From positions 1-33,029 of the forward strand of contig CAZRCU010000002.1 in NCBI GenBank assembly GCA_964598685.1: a stretch of DNA of 33,029 nucleotides, in the 5' to 3' direction. The position numbers and the translations under genes were made by a program. Of the stretch, positions 9,608 to 16,662 are shown piece after piece; positions within the stretch are counted from its first letter, which is position 1; every line of letters begins with the position of its first letter. The stretch is from an uncultured Bacteroides sp. Its GTDB lineage: Bacteria; Bacteroidota; Bacteroidia; Bacteroidales; Muribaculaceae. A model generated the notes under the pieces. It was not told where the DNA came from, ran no database searches, and saw nothing but the letters and a program-made list of their open reading frames with translations.

Positions 9608-10783
9608 TCAACCGTTTACTACTCTATTGAGAAGCGACTCCCATTGCGACACCACATTGGCTCGCTCATAGCGTTTGGCCGATTCGATGCCGTTTGCGGC
9701 AATGCGCGTGCGCAGCTTTTCGTCGCTCATAAGGCGTTTCATGGCAGATGCAAGCGCATCGACATCTCCATCCGGAATTATAATGCCGTCGTGGCCGTCG
9801 GTAATAATATCTCTAAGCGAGGCAAACGAGTCCATGGCAATGGGCACGCAGCCAAATTGTTGGCTCTCGGTGAGCGTTAGCCCCCAGCCCTCGCGCGCCG
9901 AGGTCATTGCAAATATGGCGGCGCGGCGATAGTAGGCCTCGGGGTCTACTCGCCCGGGAAGCTCCACTCTGTGCAAATTTTGATGGCAATAATCCTCGTA
10001 GAGCTGCTTGTCGGGCCCATCGCCGGCAATGATTAAATGCCAATCGCTCAGCGCCGGATCGCGCTCGATTTCTTGCCAAGCCTTTAATGTGAGCATTATG
10101 CGTTTGCGTATCTCATCCAGGCGTGCAATCACCACTACAAGACGCTCCTTGCAGGCAATCTCATCGTTGCCGATAAATCTATCATACGATAGCGCATTTG
10201 GAATGCAATTGATCTCGCCGGCTGTCGATTCGGCAAAGTGGCGAAATTCAGATTCAAAAGTCTTTGACAGCAACACCACGGAATCGCTGTCGGTGAGCAC
10301 CGCGCCATAGCGATTTTTGTATTGACGATATGTCCGCTTGGTGTAGGCCGAGAATAGCAGGTAGTTGATCAGGTTTTTTACGCCATGTGCAGAAGCCGTG
10401 ATGCCTTGGCGCAACGCGTCGCGGGTGAATCCTCGCAACTCGTCGGCCGGCGCAAAATGGTGGGCAAATATCAGCTTGCAGTTTGTGCCGCTATCGTTGA
10501 TGCCCTTTCTGATAAATGGATTTTGAAAGAAATCACCTTGATTAATCACCACGTCGATATTATGCTCGCGTATAATCTTGGCCATGTCGGCTGCCGAGCG
10601 ATGGCGAATGTGGAAACGACCATCAAACTCAGTGCGCTCCATATCGTCCGCTATCTCGCTGGCATAGGCAGAATACACCTTGTGCCCGCGTTCGCGCAAT
10701 CCGTTGGCTATAGTGGTGGTGGTGCGCTCGGTGCCTCCTTTCGACGGCGCTACGGCATAATATGTGAAATAGAGGATGTTCAT
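9608..10783 (-). CDS. Glycosyltransferase family 4
   Basis: GGTER N-terminal motif, IPNA, ARL...KR, GDGPD, EGWGLTLTE (EX7E), DIITDGHDG. Confidence 0.92.
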   Translation of the reverse strand: MNILYFTYYAVAPSKGGTERTTTTIANGLRERGHKVYSAYASEIADDMERTEFDGRFHIRHRSAADMAKIIREHNIDVVINQGDFFQNPFIRKGINDSGTNCKLIFAHHFAPADELRGFTRDALRQGITASAHGVKNLINYLLFSAYTKRTYRQYKNRYGAVLTDSDSVVLLSKTFESEFRHFAESTAGEINCIPNALSYDRFIGNDEIACKERLVVVIARLDEIRKRIMLTLKAWQEIERDPALSDWHLIIAGDGPDKQLYEDYCHQNLHRVELPGRVDPEAYYRRAAIFAMTSAREGWGLTLTESQQFGCVPIAMDSFASLRDIITDGHDGIIIPDGDVDALASAMKRLMSDEKLRTRIAANGIESAKRYERANVVSQWESLLNRVVNG

Positions 10784-11052
10784 GGATTGTAGAGGTCGGT
10801 GTTGTAGAAGTCCATTATATCGTTGCTGAGACGTAGGGCTTGTGCAGCTTGTCCGTTAGGGTCGGGGTCGATAGCCGCGGCCGCTGTGTAATCGCTGATT
10901 GCACGGCCTCGTTGGCCAAGTTTCCAATATAGCTTACCACGCTCAAGCAGCGCTTGGGCCAGGGTAGGGGACTCTGCGGTGGCCGAGGCAATTATGCTAT
11001 CGAGCTCGCTGATTTTATTATTAATATCGCAATTGGATGCTGATGAGTTCAA
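10780..11052 (-). CDS. Small TPR-repeat protein
   Basis: ALLERGKLYWKLGQRGRAISDYTAAAAIDP TPR unit; C-terminal IMDFYNTDLYNP; overlaps the GT4 start; TTG start uncertain. Confidence 0.8.
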   Translation of the reverse strand: MNSSASNCDINNKISELDSIIASATAESPTLAQALLERGKLYWKLGQRGRAISDYTAAAAIDPDPNGQAAQALRLSNDIMDFYNTDLYNP

Positions 11053-11106
11053 GATTCAAATATTTTCATTAATTTTGTAAATACAAATTTAGAAAATCTA
11101 TAGAAT

Positions 11107-12369
11107 ATGCGCAAAATATTTCTGACCTTACTTTTGGCGATAGCCATTGCAGCTAATGGAGCCGACCCAATGGCCACCTCCTACAGCATTCAGCAATGTG
11201 AGGGCTCGCTCACTCCATATCCCACCGAAATCAATCCTGCCGTGTATCCGGATTCGCTTCAGGCAGTGTATATCAATCATGTGGGACGCCATGGTTCGCG
11301 CTATCCTGCATCGTCGGCCAGCTGTCTAAAGTTGCGCAGCGCATTGCAGCGTGCCGATTCGTTGGGCACTATCACACCCACCGGACGTAAATTGGCCAAG
11401 CTCAACGATCTGATTATTGCGCGCAGTGAAAATCAATGGGGCGCTCTCGATTCTCTCGGCATGGCCGAGCAGCGTGCTATTGCCACCAGAATGTTTTACA
11501 ATTTTGCCGAAGTGCTGAAAAGCGGCGCCACAGTGTCGGCTATTTCGTCATATTCTCCACGAGCAATGATGAGCATGTACTCTTTTGTGCATCAGCTCGA
11601 CAGAATGGACAATAAGGTGAATTTCATCACGTCTACCGGCCGCGTAAATTCTTCGTTGCTGCGCCCGTTCGACACTGATGCCGATTACAAGGAATTTCGC
11701 ACTCAAGCCCCATGGCGCGAGGCCTACGACACCTATTTTGCCGACGTATGCCCCACGGCGGCGATTCGCCGTGCCCTCGGCGAGAGATTCGACTTTGCTG
11801 ATGATGAGGCTTTGCGCGACCTCGCCATCACAGAGTATTATGTCGTGGCAGGATGCTCGGCTATGAGCGTGGATGCAGGTGTGAGCTCTTTCTTCACCAA
11901 GGAAGAATACAACGCGCTCTGGTCGTGTTTCAATTTGCGTCAATATTTGCAACGCACTGCCACCACTATTTCCACCACTCCTGCCGATATTGCCTCGGCC
12001 TTGGTGCAAGACCTTATTAATACCACCGACCAATTTATCGACGGCACCAACCCCGCTGTGGCCAATCTGCGATTTGGCCATGCCGAAACATTGATGCCAC
12101 TGCTCTCGCTGCTACATTTGCGCGGATGCTATTATATGACAAACTATTTTGACACCGTTGGGCAGCATTGGCGCGATTTTTATGTGGTGCCGATGGCTGC
12201 CAATTTGCAGATGATTCTCTTCAAATCCAAAAAATCCGGCAAATATTATGTGCGCTTCGACCTCAACGAGGTGCCGACACCCCTCATGCCGAATAGCACG
12301 GAAATTTATATCCCTTGGGCCACTGCGCGCGAATATATGACTCGCTGCATCCCCCTATATTTCCAATGA
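11107..12369 (+). CDS. Secreted histidine acid phosphatase, MINPP/phytase-like
   Basis: Signal peptide; RHGSRYP catalytic motif; HAE proton-donor motif (RFGHAETL); PMAANLQ. Confidence 0.9.
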   Translation: MRKIFLTLLLAIAIAANGADPMATSYSIQQCEGSLTPYPTEINPAVYPDSLQAVYINHVGRHGSRYPASSASCLKLRSALQRADSLGTITPTGRKLAKLNDLIIARSENQWGALDSLGMAEQRAIATRMFYNFAEVLKSGATVSAISSYSPRAMMSMYSFVHQLDRMDNKVNFITSTGRVNSSLLRPFDTDADYKEFRTQAPWREAYDTYFADVCPTAAIRRALGERFDFADDEALRDLAITEYYVVAGCSAMSVDAGVSSFFTKEEYNALWSCFNLRQYLQRTATTISTTPADIASALVQDLINTTDQFIDGTNPAVANLRFGHAETLMPLLSLLHLRGCYYMTNYFDTVGQHWRDFYVVPMAANLQMILFKSKKSGKYYVRFDLNEVPTPLMPNSTEIYIPWATAREYMTRCIPLYFQ

Positions 12370-12450
12370 TTTTGGTGCCCTAAAATGCCAATGAAATAAA
12401 CTTTTTCAAATAAAAGTGCTGAAAAATTATGTTGTAAAACATATTTTTCG

Positions 12451-12458
12451 TAACTTTG
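12451..12458 (+). promoter_or_regulatory. -7 promoter element for a short transcript
   Basis: TAACTTTG(CA) exact consensus in an otherwise gene-free region. Confidence 0.7.
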
Positions 12459-12555
12459 CAGCGTAATTAATCAACTGTATTTCTAGACACACAACTTATA
12501 GTGTGCAGTAGCACAAACTTTTGTATTGTTTTTAGGTTAAATTAAATTATTAATT

Positions 12556-12630
12556 ATGCTAAATCTTTTGAAAAAGGTCGCAAAATGGTATTTCATTAAT
12601 ACAGCAATGACTGCTCAGACCAATCGTTAA
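12556..12630 (+). CDS. Putative 24-aa small protein MLNLLKKVAKWYFINTAMTAQTNR
   Basis: ATG in AT-rich context downstream of a promoter, followed by hairpins and a terminator; below the ORF-track cutoff. Confidence 0.55.
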   Translation: MLNLLKKVAKWYFINTAMTAQTNR

Positions 12631-12709
12631 GTATTAAAACGCACCCTCTCGAGAAAATTCTCGTGAGGCTAATTTGAAAACAAAGCCCCTTAGTGGCTCC
12701 CTAATATAG

Positions 12710-12745
12710 ATGCTGTCCGATAAATATATCAGACAGTATTTTTTT
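12710..12745 (+). terminator. Intrinsic terminator after the small ORF
   Basis: ATGCTGTC-C-GATA/AATA/TATC-A-GACAGTAT stem followed by a T-run. Confidence 0.6.
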
Positions 12746-12771
12746 GTGTTTATGGGTGTGGATATGTCGGC

Positions 12772-12866
12772 AAAATCCGATTGGCTGATGCTATAGACGC
12801 TTTCGCCTTGCCTATAACCCTGAAAATCAGTTGAAGGCTCTATGCAATCTTTTCCAATCGGATTTT
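12772..12866. repeat. 13-bp perfect inverted repeat closing a long imperfect hairpin
   Basis: AAAATCCGATTGG (12772-12784) / CCAATCGGATTTT (12854-12866). Confidence 0.85.
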
Positions 12867-12971
12867 CGGCAAATTTAATGATTGCCCGGCTGTTCTGCAA
12901 GCGAAAGCGCGTAATCCGTGTCCAAATGCATAATTTATATATATTTTTAACAAAAACTATATGGGAAGCAA

Positions 12972-13418
12972 TTATTCCTTTGAAAATGTCTTAACTATTT
13001 GATCGGCAACTAATTTTATTGCGCCGGTGAGGTCGGCATTATTATCCAATCCCTTTGAGTATTCGCCTTGGCATGACACCAAAGGGCGGCCGGTGTAATA
13101 ATCCACGAAATTTACAGTAACGGTTGCACCCAGTTCTGTCACAGTCGCGCTATAGCGAGCAATCAATAATTTTTGCTTTTGCTCCTGCGATAGTTCTGAA
13201 ATAGCTTGCCCTCCAACCAGCTGCAACCGTGAGTTGTCAATCGCATCATAGATTTTCACCTCGGTCCCCATCGATTCGGCATGGCTGTGGTGATTCTCGT
13301 TAATTACCGTTGCATATTGGTAGTTTGTATAGTCGAACGATTGCGACACAGTGGTTTTTGATGAAGAGCAGCTCACCAAAAACATTATCAAAATAAGCAG
13401 AATATGAAATTTTTTCAT
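12972..13418 (-). CDS. Hypothetical lipoprotein
   Basis: MKK plus hydrophobic stretch plus LVSC lipobox; minus-strand TATTTTTG promoter at 13437-13444. Confidence 0.8.
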   Translation of the reverse strand: MKKFHILLILIMFLVSCSSSKTTVSQSFDYTNYQYATVINENHHSHAESMGTEVKIYDAIDNSRLQLVGGQAISELSQEQKQKLLIARYSATVTELGATVTVNFVDYYTGRPLVSCQGEYSKGLDNNADLTGAIKLVADQIVKTFSKE

Positions 13419-13572
13419 AAGACATTGAATTTTTTACAAAAATACAAAACTTTATGGAAGATCTATTATAAAATAATGCCCTCGGTGATAGAAAATTTGT
13501 AATTTAGCGTGAATTTATGTAAATTCGCGTTGACATTAGTTTATTATCACATTTCGAAATACACAATTTAAG

Positions 13573-14307
13573 ATGGCGTTTAATCGAAAAATATTTTCTC
13601 GAGCTTATCATAAGTTAGTTGAAACACGTTGGTTATTCACTTTTACCGCAAGTTGCACTGCTACAATTGTTGGCATTGCACTTACATTCGGCATCAATTC
13701 CTGTCGTAATTCTCGCATTGCTGAGCAAGAGGCTAAAGAGTCGTTAGAGCAGGCAGTTGGCAACCTACGGGGTAGAACAATACGAATAGCCGACTTTCTT
13801 GATCAAATTTATCTTCAAGACAGCCTTTATAATATTGTGATTGATCTGCATATGTCGAATCAGTCTATCCCCGATTCTATTGCAAAAAAGTTTGCCACAG
13901 CCGTATGTACCTTTGAGGAATATACAAATAATACATCCTACGAAAGACTTTATCGTGAAAGTTACCAAATGTGGCAAGTGCTGAGTCAAGATGATTTAGC
14001 TGATAAAATAGATTTTGCATATGATATAATCAATGTATTGGAAAACTATTGTGAAACGAGCAATGCAATGCTGTTGGAGAAAATGGGACAATGTAAGGGC
14101 GCAAGTCATGCTTTTATAAGCGCTAATGCGCAAGAGCTAACAAAAGCACTTATCAGCAGTGATGATTTTTGCTTTTATATGTCGGCTCGTGCTATGAAAT
14201 CCAAGTCTATGAAGGGATTTCAAGAAGATCAATACGAGGTCATGGAAGAAATTGATAGTATCTGTAAATCATTAAATTATCAGATAAAAGAGGTAGAAGT
14301 TAAATAA
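13573..14307 (+). CDS. Hypothetical single-TM helical membrane protein
   Basis: 244-aa ORF with one N-terminal TM (TASCTATIVGIALTFGI) followed by a helical region; AT-rich. Confidence 0.75.
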   Translation: MAFNRKIFSRAYHKLVETRWLFTFTASCTATIVGIALTFGINSCRNSRIAEQEAKESLEQAVGNLRGRTIRIADFLDQIYLQDSLYNIVIDLHMSNQSIPDSIAKKFATAVCTFEEYTNNTSYERLYRESYQMWQVLSQDDLADKIDFAYDIINVLENYCETSNAMLLEKMGQCKGASHAFISANAQELTKALISSDDFCFYMSARAMKSKSMKGFQEDQYEVMEEIDSICKSLNYQIKEVEVK

Positions 14308-14339
14308 ACTATTTTCTCTGTTTTATTTTTGAAATATTA

Positions 14340-14383
14340 CGAGCCTGTGACTTTGTGGCGAGCCCATATCGTTGCGGGCTCGC
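14340..14383 (+). terminator. Stem-loop / probable terminator between the membrane-protein gene and the integrase
   Basis: GCGAGCCC (14358-14365) / GGGCTCGC (14376-14383), then TAATTTT. Confidence 0.55.
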
Positions 14384-14426
14384 TAATTTTAAATTAATCC
14401 TCTACGGCCGATTTCATATTGAAAAT

Positions 14427-14458
14427 TATAGGGGACTAACCATCATACATAGTCCCCC
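14427..14458. repeat. Left GGGGACTA repeat pair (inverted); candidate integrase-binding/att site
   Basis: GGGGACTA (14431-14438) and TAGTCCCC (14450-14457). Confidence 0.7.
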
Positions 14459-14544
14459 ATCGAAATGGATTAATTGGGGGTGATCAGTGCTGCCATAATC
14501 TAAATGTGAGTAATATTGCAGCTCAAATAATTAATTCACTAAAA

Positions 14545-15936
14545 ATGGCACAGCAAAAATTTAACTACCGCTTCTTTTTGAAGCCAAATGGGAGGGTGTT
14601 TCTTCGCGTGCGTTGGAATTCGGGAAAGTATGAGACGGGTGTTAGCCTATGCGTTTATGCCGACTCTGCTAAGTGGGATAGCTCAAGACAATACGCACAG
14701 AGACACTCTATTCATGAAGTTAGCGGGAAAGTGTATACAGCAAGAACAATCAACCATGAAATAGACAAGGCCATTGATGTGCTCACTACATTTTTTGCTT
14801 TATGCGATGCAAATGGTATATGTCCGGAAAAGGATCAAGTGAAAGACGAATTGACTGCACATCTTGTGCCGAAGATTGAAAATATCGAGCCAACTACTGC
14901 TTCGAAATCCAATGTAGAGGAAATTCCGCCGTTAGACACCCTTTATAATCTTTTTATTGAAGAACTGAGCAACGAGCGGAACTGGTGTCCGCAGACGCAT
15001 TTTAAGTATCAGCAGATTTTCAGACTTATCAAAGCCTTCAAAAACGATGTTAAACTAACCGACATAGACAAGGCTTTCTGTATAAACTTGAAATGTTGGC
15101 TTGTAAATCAGGGCTATAAGAATTCAACTACTGCCAAACATTTCAGAAGCCTCAAGGCAATGCTTGGCTGGATTATGAGCCGAGGCTATCCCGTTAATCC
15201 CGACTGCTTTAAATTCAAATCCCACTTGTCAGTACCGATTAAAGCCGTCACATACTTGAAATATGAAGAACTGTCGCAATTTGAGAATTTCCAATTCCCC
15301 AAAAATAGAGAATATCTTGCTAAAGCGAGAGACCTTTTCTGCTTCATGTGTTACACCTCGCTTCGCTACAGCGACCTTCGAGATTTGAAGAAGGCCTCAA
15401 TCTCAGATAATTGCATTGATACGTATGCAAAGAAAACCAAAGGACAATTGCGTATTCCTCTTGTAAGTCATGCTATTAGCATACTCGAAAGATACATTAA
15501 TAAAACGTCGGGAGAATATGCATTTCCCGTGCCTACTAATCAGAAGTTAAACGCATTTCTGAAAGAAGCAGCAAAGATGGCCGGGCTTAACAGAGAAATC
15601 GTTGAATCAACCTTTTGTGGATCTGAGCGAATAGACGTAGTCCGCAAACTCCACGAGACTATTAGCTGCCACGATGCCCGTAGAACATTTGTGTGCATCA
15701 GTTTATCGCTTGGTATTCCACAATCAGTCATCATGACCATCACCGGTCATAGCGATTATGACTCAATGAAGCCCTACATAGCCATCAGCAGCGAAACGTC
15801 GAAACGCGAACTCGTAAAATGGGAAACCGGCAGCATTAAAAGCGAGTTGACAAAGCTGATTGAGCAAATGGATCATTCGCAGCTTGAGAAGTTGGTAGCC
15901 AAAGCACGCAATCTGCTGCGTAAGACACCAACTTAA
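14545..15936 (+). CDS. Tyrosine recombinase / site-specific integrase
   Basis: N-terminal arm-binding-like beta domain, SAM-like core, catalytic R (SLRYSD), K (KKTK), HxxR (HDARRTF), H (GHS), Y (MKPYI); ATG 14545 preferred over GTG 14506. Confidence 0.95.
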   Translation: MAQQKFNYRFFLKPNGRVFLRVRWNSGKYETGVSLCVYADSAKWDSSRQYAQRHSIHEVSGKVYTARTINHEIDKAIDVLTTFFALCDANGICPEKDQVKDELTAHLVPKIENIEPTTASKSNVEEIPPLDTLYNLFIEELSNERNWCPQTHFKYQQIFRLIKAFKNDVKLTDIDKAFCINLKCWLVNQGYKNSTTAKHFRSLKAMLGWIMSRGYPVNPDCFKFKSHLSVPIKAVTYLKYEELSQFENFQFPKNREYLAKARDLFCFMCYTSLRYSDLRDLKKASISDNCIDTYAKKTKGQLRIPLVSHAISILERYINKTSGEYAFPVPTNQKLNAFLKEAAKMAGLNREIVESTFCGSERIDVVRKLHETISCHDARRTFVCISLSLGIPQSVIMTITGHSDYDSMKPYIAISSETSKRELVKWETGSIKSELTKLIEQMDHSQLEKLVAKARNLLRKTPT

Positions 15937-15937
15937 A

Positions 15938-15961
15938 GTGGGACTATAAAGGGGACTAACC
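15938..15961. repeat. Right GGGACTA tandem repeat pair; candidate arm-type sites
   Basis: GTGGGACTA-TAAA-GGGGACTAACC right after the integrase stop; AGGGGACTAACC also occurs at 14430-14441. Confidence 0.75.
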
Positions 15962-15978
15962 GGACAATTGACAGCCTG

Positions 15979-16015
15979 AAAAATAAAAGCAACCCGCCGA
16001 AAATCAGCGAGTTGC
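15979..16015 (-). terminator. Terminator downstream of the tRNA
   Basis: Minus strand GCAACTCGCTGA-TTT-TCGGCGGGTTGC followed by TTTTATTTTT. Confidence 0.75.
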
Positions 16016-16028
16016 GCAGCTCCTGTTG

Positions 16029-16102
16029 TGGTCCCACTTGGGCTTGAACCAAGGACTCCCTGATTATGAGTCAGGTGCTCTAACCAACTGAGCTATAGGA
16101 CC
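16029..16102 (-). tRNA. tRNA with CAT anticodon (probably tRNA-Ile2, lysidine-modified; often annotated Met)
   Basis: GGTCCTATAGCTCAGTTGGTTAGAGCACCTGACTCATAATCAGGGAGTCCTTGGTTCAAGCCCAAGTGGGACCA folds as a cloverleaf; C4-G69/C5-G68 favour Ile2; G1-C72 excludes initiator; CCA not encoded. Confidence 0.95.
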
Positions 16103-16197
16103 TTAAGTCTCAGATTTGTGTTTATGTTATCTGGCTTCGGTTTACATATTGTCAACTACCAGTTTACACATGTCAAATTTCTGCCAACTTTTACTTT

Positions 16198-16234
16198 ACA
16201 AAGTTAGTTAATAGATTTGGATTGTGCAAATCTA
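16198..16234 (-). promoter_or_regulatory. Tandem -7 promoter boxes for the tRNA
   Basis: Minus-strand TAACTTTG (16199-16206) and TAGATTTG (16227-16234). Confidence 0.6.
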
Positions 16235-16301
16235 TTTTTAACTGTTTTTACTTAAGTGCGCTGTGTCAGGACTTTGTGATTGTAATTTTTTTTGAAGGCG
16301 G

Positions 16302-16559
16302 TTAACTTGCGTGGCAGCTTACTTCGCGGGTATTGTAAACCGACGACACCATCCAATCAATGTGGCTTACATCAAGGCTGCGAGATGCACTGATGCCGGT
16401 GAGTTCGTAGATATACGCTGTCTGTGCGCTGCCCCTCAGGGATTTAAGATGGTCGATTTGCTCCCACGATAGCCGTATTGAAATCAGCTTGGGTGTAATG
16501 GACATTCGGTGGATAAACACGAAATGAACCAATGGATTTGGACTGGAAAGATATGCCAT
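16302..16559 (-). CDS. Hypothetical small protein with RHH-like segment
   Basis: 85-aa ORF with minus-strand TAAATTTG promoter at 16580-16587; KLISIRLSWEQIDHLKSL. Confidence 0.55.
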   Translation of the reverse strand: MAYLSSPNPLVHFVFIHRMSITPKLISIRLSWEQIDHLKSLRGSAQTAYIYELTGISASRSLDVSHIDWMVSSVYNTREVSCHAS

Positions 16560-16662
16560 TGCTATTAGATTTTATACAGCAAATTTAAATACGTACATGG
16601 GCAAAAACATGGCACAGCTGTGTTAAATTATAGTTAATGGCATATTTTCCGGTAGTCTTTTA

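Noticed and set aside
12634-12900. 88-aa minus-strand ORF
   Set aside because: TTG start, no motif, and it runs through hairpins and a terminator that are better explained as non-coding structure
15220-15228. TCCCACTTG match to the tRNA 3' region as a possible att duplicate
   Set aside because: Only 9 bp and inside the integrase coding sequence; consistent with chance
12370-16028. Prophage or conjugative element at the tRNA
   Set aside because: No structural, replication, relaxase or transfer genes and no tRNA-end duplication seen
16029-16102. Initiator tRNA-fMet
   Set aside because: Has a G1-C72 pair and lacks the three consecutive G-C pairs in the anticodon stem
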